The translations under genes were made by a program, and so were the position numbers. Positions 27,250-43,043 of a stretch of DNA of 64,000 nt are shown here, one piece after another (position 1 is the stretch's first letter; each line of letters starts with the position of its first letter). The stretch is from Tubulanus polymorphus. Taxonomy: Eukaryota > Animalia > Nemertea. The stretch spans positions 25,710,299 through 25,774,298 of the forward strand of contig NC_134025.1 of assembly GCF_964204645.1 (NCBI RefSeq), written 5' to 3'. Under the pieces are notes generated by a model. That model was not told the DNA's origin, ran no database searches, and saw nothing but the letters and a program-made list of their open reading frames with translations.

Positions 27250-29236
27250 TCACTTGTCATCAACTGCAGCCCTAATAGCTTTTTCCATTAGATTCACCCA
27301 GTTGAATTTATTCTCGTAAGTGTTCGCTGAACAGTACCATTTTCTCTTTGAAGTTGCCATTCGGAAGGCATTTTTCACATCTAGAAATTCACATCAATGA
27401 AGAGTTAAGTCCCGAGTGCATTTTAAAACTTTTGAAGAAAAATTTTTAAAGAAAAGACGATTTACATGTACTTACATTTTGAGTCAGGAATGTCAGAGAT
27501 TTTTATCCTAGTAAGGGGAACGCTGTCTAAGAAATGATACAAGTGTTCAACTGATCGATCGAATGGGAAATGTTTGGTAGTTCTTCTAGTGATCATTAAA
27601 GCGTCATTGAAGAGGAATAGTCCAAGCATCTCTGTATGTTGATAAACCCTGAAGAAAAGAGAATAGATTTTCTGACTTAATAGATCATCAATTAATGAAC
27701 TAAATATCTATAACAGTTTGCCGGCAGATATAAACAAACCTGAGTTCTGGAGATATTTCTAAATCTTGTGATGGTAATCTCAAGTTTGCGACATCTTCAT
27801 GATGGATCAAATGACGATTACCTTCCAATAAAACCTGAAAGAAGAGCATATAAGTTATGTAACTTCCCCAAAAAACTTTACATAAATGAGATGTTTAATT
27901 ATGGTATGATTGTCCAAATTAGGTTTTTTAGACTTACTGGACAATTGCGGACTGTTTTCTCCAATTCTTTAATCTGCAGTTCTCTTTGACATCGATCCTT
28001 ACTCTGAAATACAAATACATATTTGAGTTGATAACTTAAAATACAAACACATGTAGATGTACGATATAACAATACTTACATCTGCAATAAATTGGTTGAG
28101 CTTTCTCAAGTAGTCTAAGGCTTGATCTAAATCACCTCTGTCTGCGTGTTCTGAAGGTGTGTGCATTTGGAATGCAAGCAACAGTGCTATATACTCAGCT
28201 ATTCTTCGAGTTGGCAATAATAAAATGTCTTGTAATCTGCAAGATTGACACATTCATGAACAACAAATTTGATTATATACTAGAATCAAATATATTCGAA
28301 TTTTCACTTACGAGAGACCCTTTGTAGAAGGGCTCTTATCATTTCTCATGAGGAATGCTCGGAATTTAGGTGATTGCTCAGTAGTTCTTTCTACAGTCGT
28401 TAATACTGTTGGGTAGTTGTTGATATAGTTTGTGTAGGCCTTCAGTTGAGTACAAAATTTGAGGAAAACATCACCGAGTGTTTGAGCAGGGCTATACATT
28501 TTTACTTTGTTGTACAATTCCTTTTCAAATTTCCTGGAATGTAAAAAGGAAGTTTTTGCCATTAACAAATGAAAGTATACTAAAGATTAATGTGAATGAT
28601 TGGAATATTTAGTGAATCCTTTACCTGCTTATTTCTAGGATGATCAAAGCATTTCCAAATATGGTCTGAATATTTGCTGCGCTGATGATGGCCCTGTGGC
28701 ATGTGAATGAAAATTATCATACTCACAAGTTCAACAAATTTTTTGTATTTTCATTATTTTACTTCATAAGCGAATTAATTATCATTATTATTATTACTAT
28801 TATCATTATCATTATAATCATACGGTCAAAAGTTCTGATGATTTATGAAACATACCTATTTGATGAAAGGGCAGTATGGAGGGGCTGTACATACACCTCT
28901 TGAAGAGCGTCCAATGTTTTCATATAGTCGAGCTCGCTGTCATGAATTTCCAAAGCAACTCCTTTACGCCGATCAGCCAGAGACAGATTCAACTAAATAA
29001 AAAGAAAATCATATAAAATCACTCCTAATGTGAAGCAACTACCGGTACTTGAATCATACATGTAAATACTACCTCAGGAAGCGGAAATGACTGCTTTTTA
29101 GGGGACGGAGGAATGGTTTTGGTCACTCGTTGTGTTTTTGATTTGCGAATTTCTTGCATCGGTTCTTCTTCTATGTCCTCTTCAATGTTTTCTTGAATAT
29201 CATCATCCTCACTCTGTTCTAAGTCTTCCTCTATAG

Positions 29237-29285
<49 letters not shown>

Positions 29286-32200
29286 GTCATCTTCGTATCT
29301 TTTCTTGTCTGTTTTGCTCAGCGAAGCTGAATTTTCCATAGTCTGTAATGATTTTTTTTTTCAATTATCTGAACTCTCTACCAAGGATTTATGGATGATG
29401 CACCTATGCATTCATGTGTCTGCAGTGGGGTCGGAGAAAAAAGATTGACCCCGGTAAATTTTCTGACTTACTTGAGATCCAAATGAGCCAGATGTTGACA
29501 ACAGATAATTTCCAAGGAATTCAACTGGTTTTACCTAAGGAAAACAATGAACGTTACATTTCAGAAATGATTTTCTAAAGCATCTATTACAAACTGAAAA
29601 ATCCTGTATACTCTTACTCTTTTCTGGTCATTTAATTTTGAAAGACCTTCTATTACAAGGTCAGTTGTTGATTTCATAGCTTGCATATTATCTTTAACCA
29701 TGACATCAAACACAACTTGGCCTGAAAACCATAGAATATTTCATAGAATAGAACATAAGAAATACCTTGTGAACACTTCCACGATTACAGTACGATAATG
29801 ACATACCTACGACTTTAGACAAGAGATCTTTGTGTTTCTGATCGAAATAAGGCTGAAGATTCTTCCTTGTAACTCGCACTGCTTCTTGGACAGTATCAGC
29901 AAAACTTAACCACAAATTCAACTTTTGGGTGGCAAAATATAGAGCTGGCGGTGGAACATCTCCAGGCTTTATCAACCATTCTGTATTTACTGAAATCATC
30001 AGTGAAACAACTGAGTGAGCAACTTCTGTTACTATCTATGCTGGTCTGTTCATAATTGAATATTTTAGTTTAGCTCATCTCAACAAGAAATTATGACAAG
30101 CTATAATGGCATGAACTTACTGTGATTATAGTTGCCAAGATATCCAGTAGGAACTGTGAAGATAGAACCTGTAATTCTTTGCAGCTGTAACAATAGTTCC
30201 ATGCCTGGTTCTAGATATCAAACAAATTCAGTCTCATTATTACAATTCTTACCATGAAATGAATAACATTCACAGCGAACGTCACCAATACTTACCACAA
30301 CATCCTAATGGCAGGAAAAGATCAACTTGTCCACCGTGATTAGAAGGAAGGGTATGCATAGTAATGTTTTCAAAGAATTCACGTAACTCAGGATCTTTTA
30401 CAGTATCTATGTCCAATGTATGACCATTCACTAATCTTATTTCTCCAGGTTCCTCGAAATGTGTCAGTATACCAACACTCCTACAAATAGTAGCATTTGA
30501 TGATATAGAAATTTAAAAAGAAAAGACTCAACATTGTCCATGATTGCAATATTACTCACTTTGCTAATCTTCCATCAAGAGCAATATCCATTCGAGTAAG
30601 TAATGACTCAAGAGTGGTAGCAGCATAGTCATACATTATTGGTATAACCCCGGACAGGACAGCCTCCATGAGCAACTGAAATAATCAATTTCAAAAAGTT
30701 TATGATTTCCATATGAAAACAAGCACACCTCTCATCACAACTTCACTTACATCTGCAGCAGGAACACGTGTAGAAATGAAAATAATTCTTGGATTTTTCA
30801 GATTTGGAAAGTTCTTAGCGTGATTATAAACATCGTTATGTACATGTCCATAGGTAACACCACCAGCAAGGCTCGCTCTAGAAATACATGTACACCATTT
30901 TCGTAAAAAGTAAGAAATGAAATAACAGTACAGCTCTACATTTGTCATGTATATGAAACATGATGCTAATTCTTTATCCATTTACCTTTCACGAATGATT
31001 TTCTTACTCGGCGGTTCCCATGGTTGATCCATAAGGCACTGTAAACGTTTCTCTTCAAGATTCTGTATCTCCATGATTTGGCTTAAATTCAATTTTGACA
31101 TATTTTTCACCTTCCGAGACTGAAAGAAATATTGGCTAATAGGCTAAAAAATTGATCCATTGTTTCTCATCAGGTCGGCCACCTATATTAACTGTAAATT
31201 ACTTTTTTAAAGATCATGATGAAGCAAACAATAACAGTCTATAGAAATGAACTGATTACAAACTTAATAGTAGTTTACAAAAGGGACCCAGACGATTAGG
31301 AGAAATTATTTCATTTAAGCCTAAATACTTCAAATTAGCTTGTTACCGGGTCAAACACAGTAGATTATGTTATATTCTTCTATTGTTTACTGAAATGAAC
31401 TTACTCTGGGTGTAACAGCTGGTCTAGGAGTACGTGCAGACTCCATCTCAAAATACACCGAATGTTCAATATCATTTTCTGGTAACGTATTCAAGATTGT
31501 TGTCCATTTATCTTTTGTCGCAGATTTTCTCACTGAATCCATTTGTATGGAATCATTCAGTTGCGCATCACGGTATAGCGATTGATCAGATATATCCATT
31601 GCTTTCTTATCAGGGTCCATCCACGGAGGGCGAGACTGCTGCATCCAATCTGCAAATCAGAAGAATTTTTCGATGAATGAAAATAATAGAAACCGATCTA
31701 AGCTTAAATGCCTCTACTCTCTTCTGAAATGGTAGGCCTACTTACGTTTCACACTCTTGCTCATGGTTTTCTTCTTTAATTTACTGTTTTTCTTATTCAT
31801 TTTTTCATCTACTTCATTATCCCGACCGTATAGAGCTGAAATCTACAACGAAAATACTACATAATAATTGTGAATATTTATTGAATGAAATTTCACTTAT
31901 TCTATTCTTACATCTTTTGATGGTCCCAGTTTATCAAGAGATTGCACACAAGCGATGTAATGCCTCTTCCAAGCACTATATTCACAAACTCCTGGTGTAT
32001 ATGGTAAATACCAGCCTCTTACAACACATTTCTCTATCCAAATGTTATCCTTTCATAAGAATAGAAATATGGTACGTAAATTACAAACTTTCAAATAACT
32101 AACAAAGAAAAAACTTCTCAAATTGAAAGACCAACCTGCTCTGTAATAAACTTCCAATGCCAACTGACCATCGACGCTCGGCACAAACTACGAGGATCAA

Positions 32201-32715
32201 GAAACGAAAATATATACAAGGACAGAAATTGGGGTAACACGGTCGTGAAATCCAAATGACGAAGTGGCACCCTCTCCTGGAACCAGTTTGTTAAGAAGAT
32301 GAGCTGGCTTCGGCTGCAATGACGCATGATTGTATCAAGAAATCTCTTTCTTTGAGAATCAGTCCACAGATCAAACTACAATACAAAAGTATATCCATTA
32401 GGCCTATACTATTATGTATGTGTCAATTAATTAAATCATTCTTCATGACAAATGCTGAAATTTGATCAAGATCTTACCCAATGAGTAACCAGCTCAGTCC
32501 TTTCGACAAAACTCTGAAAATGTACATAAAGTATGAGTCTAAATCAACTGTAATCATTAAGCGGGCCAAAGATAGACATTTTTAATCAGTCAAGTCATTA
32601 CCTGTTCATTTGATGGTTTATGAGAAATTGGTGTCCATGTGCTAAACTGTGTTTTGAAAAATCGGCCTGGCTTGGGAGGTGCCAATGCCATTTTCTTTTT
32701 TGTAGTTGCCGACAT
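27250..32715 (-). CDS. ECT2L: epithelial cell-transforming sequence 2 oncogene-like protein (F-box, central region, DH/RhoGEF and PH domains), multi-exon
   Basis: Spliced N-terminus MSATTKKK...[19 protein letters not shown]|[12 protein letters not shown]|[12 protein letters not shown]...[39 protein letters not shown] (exons 32715-32602, 32513-32478, 32375-32136, 32049-31912) matches ECT2L; DH exons LGDVFLKF...YTNYINNY and [15 protein letters not shown]; stop TGA at 27252-27250. Confidence 0.92.
29238..29283 (-). repeat. (GAT)n coding microsatellite encoding a 15-Asp run in ECT2L
   Basis: Uninterrupted CAT repeats on + strand inside the exon translated as [22 protein letters not shown]. Confidence 0.9.
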
Positions 32716-33699
32716 GATTCACCACACCAATTTGCCAATGGGAATAATGCAAATTCAAGTTTGCAGCGTTCCTCCTCCAGTTCAAATTAAGTACCACCTA
32801 TAAAAAATTGTAATAAATCTTACTTTATTAATGATGTAAGGTTGTTCATCCTGTTTTTGATATCGGAAAGGGTTAGCAATAAATATGACGAGAATCTGTG
32901 ACTACTGACATTAGATGTTCCTCAAATAAAATACATTGATATTGGTCTTGATTGAATTAACAAATGCACGTTTTATGGATTTAGCAATATCAACGCGCTC
33001 CAATCCATATAAACAGCAATTCATCAATGGATATATTATCATTTCACCAGATTAACATATTTATGGAACTTAAAATATACTTGAAAATGGGATAATTCTT
33101 ACATTTCAAGTGAAAAAAGTGAGAAAGCTTCGTTAGTTACATGTAAACAATAGTCAGTCCTAAATTGAAAATCTCTTACCTGAACGAGGCTCACGTTATT
33201 TGCAGTATTTTTTAGCACTTAAGTAGTTTTTAGATATTTAAAAAAAAATCAAAAATTGCTTAATATATATTACTATGAATAGCGCATAAAATTTACAGGT
33301 TTAGTTCCATATGACAAATATTCCATTCTTTTGTTTCGTTTCTGTCATTCCTAATTTTAAATGATGGAGGTCTGTCTTGTAAACATAATCAAAAATTATC
33401 GAAACGAATCCTAAATTCTCAGCTTACACTGTTTTATTTGATATCTTACCTTCCCTGAGATTAAGATATTTCATAGAGTGATTCAATCGCTATATTTATC
33501 AAATGATCGGTGAGTTGTAAAGAGAACTGTTATGTCTTTTTGAAAGGAAATATATTCAAATCTGAAATCAATCCAATTTCAATGAAGTCTTATTGTCAGT
33601 AATTCCTGAGTATCAAGTTTGTTTTATTTCTTATGAGACCAACTAAAAAGGTGTCATGCAGTATAACTTTACGTATCTATATTTTTCAGTGATTTAAAG

Positions 33700-36600
33700 A
33701 TGGTTAAACAAACAATTCAGATATTTGCCCGACTAAAGCCAACTAAACAGAAAACTGGGGTATGTACAGATATAACCTGGATCATTGTAGTAGACAGTTT
33801 CATGTGTACCTTGACTTAAGACCAGTTATAGCTAATTTTTGTCCTTTATCTGATCAAACTATTAAAGCATTATAATCCTTTGATGACCGACTGCACCATT
33901 AAGTAACGTCTTTTTGATTTTTGATTTAACTTTATTACCGGTACAGGTTTATGATCTCGATGAAGATTCAGAGGGAAATCCGAGGCTTCAGTTTTTCGTG
34001 CCAAGAGTTTCTTCCGAGGGCTTGGTTAACAACAAGAAGGAAAAGTACAAGTTTCGGTAGGCAGACAGAGCACGTAACCAGACTTTTTATTCCATAATTA
34101 TTTTATGTCTTCGGCATATTTTCTTATGTTTCATGTCTTCTTTCCAGTTTCGAAAAAGTTTTCGATCGAAACACAAAACAAGATTCTATATTTGAACATG
34201 TAGCGAAACCAGTGCTAGACAAGTAATACTTTATTTTCAATATTTGAAGAGTAATAAAAGAATCAGTTTTAAGATGTCTGCCAGTCATTCACTTTCTCAT
34301 TCACTTTTAGTGTGCTTGCTGGTTACAACGGAACTATATTTGCGTATGGTCAGACAGGTAGTGGTAAAACATTCACTATAACTGGAGGACCTGAAAAATA
34401 TGAAGACCGCGGTATCATCCCTCGAGTTCTTTCTTATATGTATCAAGAGTTTCAAAAGGTTTGTCTTAGTACCGTAGTAGTAGGTCTAATATTGTTATAT
34501 TTTAAACCGTACTAGTACTGTGTGATTTGTATTTGATTATGCAGAAACCAGACTGGGAATTCACGGCTCAAATATCCTATTTGGAGATCTACAACGAGTT
34601 TGGATATGACCTGCTGAATCCAGAACACGAATGTACCAAATTAGAAGATCTACCGTATGTTCTATTAGCATAGGCGATGTTGAAAGAGTTTGCATTTAGC
34701 TTACTGTGAAACGGGATGTATTTGTTTGTCGTTCTCTTCGTGCGATCATTTCAGGAAAGTGAAATTAATGGAAGATTCAGATCAGAACATTCATTTACGA
34801 AACATGTCCATGCATCAAGCCAACAATGAAGAAGATGCGCTGAACTTGCTGTTTACCGGTGACACAAACCGAATGATTGCCGAGGTACAATCTGAATAAA
34901 TCGCCAATAGACTTTGGGTTGGTTGATTCTTTCATTACTTGGCATGTTGTGGTTTCTGGTTTAGTATTTGTATTCAGTTCGTTGGGATGAATGTAACTTT
35001 CTGCATCAGGTTTATGTGCTATGTAAACTGTACTATGTACCATTATGATCTTTGCATTTCTGATAAGTTGCATATCCACAATTGTTTTATAATTTTGTTG
35101 GAATTATTTCAGACCCCGATGAATCAAGCCTCCACCCGGTCACACTGTATATTCACAATTCACATATCTTCGAGGGAACACGGATCTGCTACGATAAGAA
35201 GGTCTAAACTACATCTTGTTGATTTGGCTGGGTAAGACAACGTTTCGTACAACTAAATGTTTTTAAGTGGCCAATAACTTTAATATCAATTTGAAAAATG
35301 AGACATTTTGTAATTATAATTTTTAGATCTGAGAGAGTATCTAAGACGGGAGCTGGAGGACAATTACTGACTGAAGCTAAATATATCAATGTTTCTCTTC
35401 ATTTTCTGGAACAAGTAAGTAACTCCACATGTAATCTGTTCAGTTAAGTATGATTATTCACTACAGTAATTATGTTAATCGATTGTTCTTTGGTTTATAG
35501 GTGATTGTTGCATTGTCCGAGAAGGGCAGAACTCATATTCCCTATCGTAACTCAATGATGACTTCAGTACTGAGAGACAGTTTAGGTGGTAACTGTATGA
35601 CTACTATGATAGCAACTTGTTCTGTCGAAAAACGGAATATTGATGTATGTACATGCTTTTATTCAATTTTTTAAGAGACTTGAGCCTTGTCTTCTTGGCA
35701 TTATCTATGAATCATTTTACAACTCAGGAGTCAATATCCACTTGTCGTTTTGCTCAACGAGTAGCTCTAATTAAGAATGATGCTTTGCTGAATGAAGAAT
35801 TGGATCCTCAACTTGTAATTGTGCGGTTGAAAAAAGAGATTCAGCAGTTGAAAGAGGAGCTAGCGATCGCCACCGGTGAACAAAGAACAGATGAACTTAC
35901 TGAAGAAGATATGAAATTGTGAGTCAGTCCCACCAAGGGGCATATGTAATCAGAAACCAGCTCTATAGTTGTGGATTAGAATGGTTCCTCCAAAATGTAT
36001 TTTAATGTAAAATTTTACTTAAATCCTTTGCAGTTGTGAAGATGCTGTAAAACAATATTTAGATGATAATGACCCTGAAGCTGTTGTATCCGTAGGAATG
36101 GATGTCAGAAAAATGCGTTATTGTCACAAAATTCTCAAGGTTTGTTGTCGATGATACTGATCAGTAGCTTATTGAAGCAAGCTGAAATAACAAATATTGT
36201 ATGAAATGTACATGTATAACATATTCTAGAGAATGGTTAAGACCAGACCTGAGCCCTCAAAAGATGATACTGAAAAGACTGTTGATACTAAACCTGTAGA
36301 CAATAGTTACCTGAATGATGCTGAACTCAGTAAACTAAAAGTGCTCGTTACGCAACGAGATAACGAAATCAGTATCCTTTGATTTTATTTTTAAAGAAAC
36401 CTTTTGTATAAGCAATGGGAAAAACTATGCAAATATTTTGAAATCAAAATTTTCTTCTCAAAGAAAATGTTGTATATTTCTTGATTATAACCGCTAAGAT
36501 ATTCTTGTAAATATGCTGAAGAAAGAAAAGAAAAGGGCGGCTGATGCCATCCAGCAACTCGGCCAGACACAACCCGGTAATTCACATGTCAGAAAGAATT

Positions 36601-38249
36601 CCATCGATAACCAATTACAAAAAACGCCGTCCGCTGAGGATTTCGGAAAACAAAATGGAAGATCATCAGCTAGTTCAAGTACGGGTGTTAGTAGAACTTC
36701 AAGTCTTACAAAACTTGATGATCACACGAAAAATAGAATTTGTAAGTGCATGTGCCCTGATAACCGGTGACACATTTGTGAAATTGATTTCTCATGTATA
36801 GGATTGATACTGGCGTTAATGTTTTACAGTGGGGGATTTATCGAAAGGACGTCAAGAAGCATTTGATATATTTAGACGCGATTACGAAAACAATGAAAAT
36901 ATCGCCGATACGAAACACATTTTAAAACAACGTTATGCTGAAGCTAAGGAACTTGGTGCCAAAGTGAACAATTCAAGACAACGCATAAGTGAGTTATTTA
37001 TCCATTCATTTGCATATAGTGATATTCTAAACCTCACTGCATACTTGATTTGATCGGCTTTTATTATTCAGATCATATAAAAGGACTGATAGAACAACAT
37101 AGAATGTCAAGAATTATGGAAGGTAATGAATAATACAGTTGTGTGGATATCATTATGGAGACGTATAGCAAGCTAGAGAATGTTTATATGATCATTTTTA
37201 CTCCTCTTTGATTATAGGCCAAGTCGATCCGGATAATTATGAAGCAGATGATGATGAAAATCAAATGAGAGCTGAAATTGAGACGTGTAAGGAAACGTGA
37301 GTATGGGATCAATTTTGAGTCAATACCTTCTTAAAAAACTTAGGATACCCAGTAGTTCATATTTTATGCATTGAATTTTCAGATACAAGAGTGGATTTAC
37401 ACATTTAAAAACCTTGAAAACGGAGATCGAACATTTACAGCACCTCTTAGAAAAAGCGAAGGTTAAGATGATGAAAGATTTCGAGATGTGGTGGGCCGAG
37501 CAGGTATCTCAAAACCAGGTGCGTTGAAGCTAATATAGATACTATACACTAGGACACTACGTGATAAAAGTAGTTTGTTCTGAGCCTTTCTCTATCGTTC
37601 TAGGCTAATCAGAGCAAGTCAGGTCAATTGCCACCTGCACGTAGTAAATCAGCTTGGAGAACACCACCTTTAACTCCATCACAACAATCTAGATTACCAT
37701 CACAACCTTTATCTATGTCTTCATCAATGGTAGGTGATCACTGTAATGCATTATATGTTTGTTACAGGCTCTGATGAATTACAAACAAAACTGAAAAGAG
37801 ATATTCATTTTCAGGCATCAATTTCTAGTGAGGCATCAACGTACAGTCTAAGCAGCTACAGGAACTTATCGAAACCACCATTGCCAAAACCTGCTGGAAA
37901 TACAGCAAATCCTTCCTTAGAAAGGTAAAGCATTTCATTAGTGCTCGTTTGATAGAAAAAGTAAAGTATAGAAGAGTGAAAGTAAAAGAAGAGAGAAAAA
38001 ATCAATGAAGTAAAGATTTTAACCTTTGATATTTTCCAGTACAAGGTCGTCGATTCCGATGACTGGAGATCCTCGTGCTGATGCAGATATCATGGCATTT
38101 GTTAAAGCCAGACAGAACATTCTCAGACAAGGTATTTCATATCAACTTATCAAAGAAAATTCATCAATTTCAAGCTTGTAGTAGTTCGAACCAGTTTTGA
38201 TTAAAACTAAAACTAACTTTTTCTCTTTTCAGCTAATGGAAACAGGTAG
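33700..38249 (+). CDS. KIF6: kinesin-like protein KIF6 (kinesin-9 family), multi-exon
   Basis: Start [15 protein letters not shown]-loop [22 protein letters not shown]|[41 protein letters not shown] and C-terminal [25 protein letters not shown]; canonical splice sites; stop TAG 38247-38249. Confidence 0.95.
36372..36498 (+). other. U12-type (minor spliceosome) GT-AG intron in KIF6
   Basis: 5' end GTATCCTTT is the U12 donor consensus; 3' end TTTCTTGATTATAACCGCTAAG lacks a normal pyrimidine tract; removal restores [15 protein letters not shown]. Confidence 0.8.
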
Positions 38250-38803
38250 CTGTGGATTTACATGCAGAGTATTCTATAAGTAAATGTGTGGCACGAAGTG
38301 CATTTGTTTTTTTTTCTACAAAATGGAATTAACTGAAACTGTAAATGAAAAAGAGACCTTGGTAAAGGTCACTGACTGCATAAAAGTCATTTGTTAAAGA
38401 GACATTAAAGAAGCGGGTCTAGACTAACTCCTCAAGGCAAAGGCGGAGTTGATTATAAGATGTGCTATATGATTGGCTAAAATGTACATGTAATGAAAAC
38501 TAATGTTATTATGTTACTTATACATGGAAAATTTGTCAATAAATTCTTCAATTCTTTCCGTCACACAGATCTCTTTATTTTTGTTTTGTTTCTATGCAAA
38601 CGTGAAAAGGAAGATCGTTTCAAATTGACATCGGATAAGAATTATGGAAATATGTCAAATTGTTGTTCGTCATTTCTATTAAGTATGTTTTGGTGTCAGA
38701 TAAGAGCCTCAGTTTCAAGTATACATCTTCCTGTTTAATGCAGGAAAATTGAGAAAACTGTATTCAAAGTAAGATAATTTGGGACTAGAGCACCTCTGCT
38801 AAA

Positions 38804-38910
38804 AGGGATCATTCATTGATTACGTACGCATAGAATTTGAATTGTTCATATACCGTAATTGCACTTACGTACCCCCTCCCCTAATGCGTACGTAAGAAAT
38901 GAATGACTAA
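38804..38910. mobile_element. short inverted-repeat element (MITE-like)
   Basis: TCATTCATTGATTACGTACGCAT near 38809 pairs with ATGCGTACGTAAGAAATGAATGA ending 38906. Confidence 0.6.
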
Positions 38911-39907
38911 AAAATCGCTGAAATCGACTAATCGTTTTCACAACGTGCCAAAATCAACTTTTAGGTCCAAACCAAAAGTTGTTTTCGGGAAAATAGCTTT
39001 CATGACTTAAAAAGGTCTTGATGCTTACTTATACATGATGCTCGCACAACAATCAACTGCAGCCGGAGAGGAATCGATTTGCGGGCTAGATTAGATAATC
39101 TTCGTCGAGCATGAATGAATCCTTGCAAATACGATTAGAGAATTCTTCTTCATCTGCAGAATGAAAAGGCCACAAATATTCTTAAGGCGAACGTTCTGTG
39201 TTGTTTAACGAGGGGGAATTAAATATGATACGAGTTTCCACGATGAGATCTCTAAAGGTCTTGTTTAAAATTAACTTACACCGGTTTATACATGTACTTT
39301 GTAAATATGAAATAAGATATTGTTAATGGTACAAGATTGAAGACAAAAATTTTGACGATGGTCGTTCACATCTGCGGGTACAGACAATCTCCAATCTCGA
39401 GTCCATGTAGTAGTAGCTATGTACAGATAGAGAAGGTATTATTCGATCCCGAGATAGAGCGTAAAGAATGGGGTCCCATTAAATGCAATTTACAATTATA
39501 TGTATATATGCTATATGTATATACGTATGATTAATGTAGACACGTCTATTAACGAGGCTCTGCTCTATTTGTAACAATACCATCTCCTACTAAAATGCAT
39601 ATTCTGTGCAGGTTATTTAAATATATAAATGAAATAGACATTTGACGCCCTTTAGTACTCTTGTCCTAAGCATATTTCTCCATTTATTTATTCAAAATAT
39701 AAATGTTGATGCAAACTGTTGAACTAATTCTTGTTCGATAAAACCCGATTCTGATCTGGCATTTGACACCATACATACATACTGCAGCCATTTCGTAAAC
39801 TACTTGGAATTCACTCATGTGACAATTTCTTATCAGCATGGGTACCGGCACTGGTTTTTAGACACACGATAAGGCTTACAAGTATTCAAAGTCTACTAGT
39901 GTTCAAA

Positions 39908-41961
<2,054 letters not shown>

Positions 41962-42073
41962 TGAAGATATTACCCACACTTGAAGTGAACACGAAAGCCT
42001 GACATGAATTTGAGTTCTCCCATATATCATTTTATTTGTCATGTTAAAAATAAAGAATAAGAATTCCTTCTTG

Positions 42074-43043
42074 TCAGTTGAAAATGAAAATTATCCAACA
42101 AAATAAGAACAAAGATACATTTATTTCTATTCCATGTCCACTATTGACTTTTCCTTTTTGAATGGTAGAATTGGTAAAGTTCAAGTGTTTTTGGCCGTTT
42201 TTGATAAAGGGAGCGGTAATTCTGGTACCAGTATCATTTTTCATTTTTCCGTGGATGGTGGAATTCGTCGTGTTCAAATTATGTTGTCGGCCAATACCAA
42301 CGAGGGGAGTAGTAGCTGTAGGCCTACTCGAAACAGTTTTGTTTTTAGCGGTGCCATTTTTGGTGGTACAATTTACCGAGCTCTTATTGTTGTTAATTCC
42401 GATAAGGGGAGCAGTACTGGTATAAGTATTGTTTTTGCCGTTTTCATTACCACCGTTAGCTTTTCCGGTGTGAATTTTAGAATTACTGTTATTGGGATTG
42501 TGCTTTTGGTCGGTGTCGTTATCATTGTCGGTTTCTCCTTTTGTAGAATCATCAGTACTATCGCTATCGTCTTTTCCTTTTCCATTCTGAGTAGCGGAAT
42601 CGGTCTTTTTCAAACCGTTATCCTCGTTTTTGGCTTTTCCTTTTGTTTTACCATCAGGACTTTCATCACTCTCGTTTTCGGCTTTTCCTTTATGAGCATC
42701 GGAATCACTGTTGGAATTGTGTTTATCGTGAGTATCACCGGTATCATCTGTATCATCCTGATTGTTGTTGTCTTGTTTGTTGTCTTTGTCAGTCGACGGA
42801 TCACCACTTTCAGGTGAATCAAGTTCTAAACGCAATTCGATGTCATCAGTAGCGCCTGATGCAAGAACCCTTCTAGCTAATCCTGAAATCGTGGATGTTC
42901 GCAGGAGTTATAGCGATGGATATACAAATTTGGTAAATACCCCTTTATTGAGACATCATCCCGAAAGATAGATCGCACTTACCTGATATGAATAAAAATA
43001 AAGCCAATGATCCTATTGTTTTGCGAAGACTGAAGGATACCAT
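42074..43043 (-). CDS. uncharacterised secreted low-complexity (D/N/K/T-rich) protein with probable GPI-anchor signal; 2 exons (43043-42983, 42882-42074)
   Basis: Exon 1 MVSFSLRKTIGSLALFLFIS G|GTAAGT joins in frame via ATTTCAG| to the 253-aa ORF; many N-x-S/T sequons; hydrophobic end SGHGIEINVSLFLFCWIIFIFN. Confidence 0.75.

Noticed and set aside
42134-42971. Hydrophobic plus-strand ORFs (227 aa and shorter)
   Set aside because: Antisense shadows of the low-complexity minus-strand gene, which has the signal-peptide exon and splice sites.
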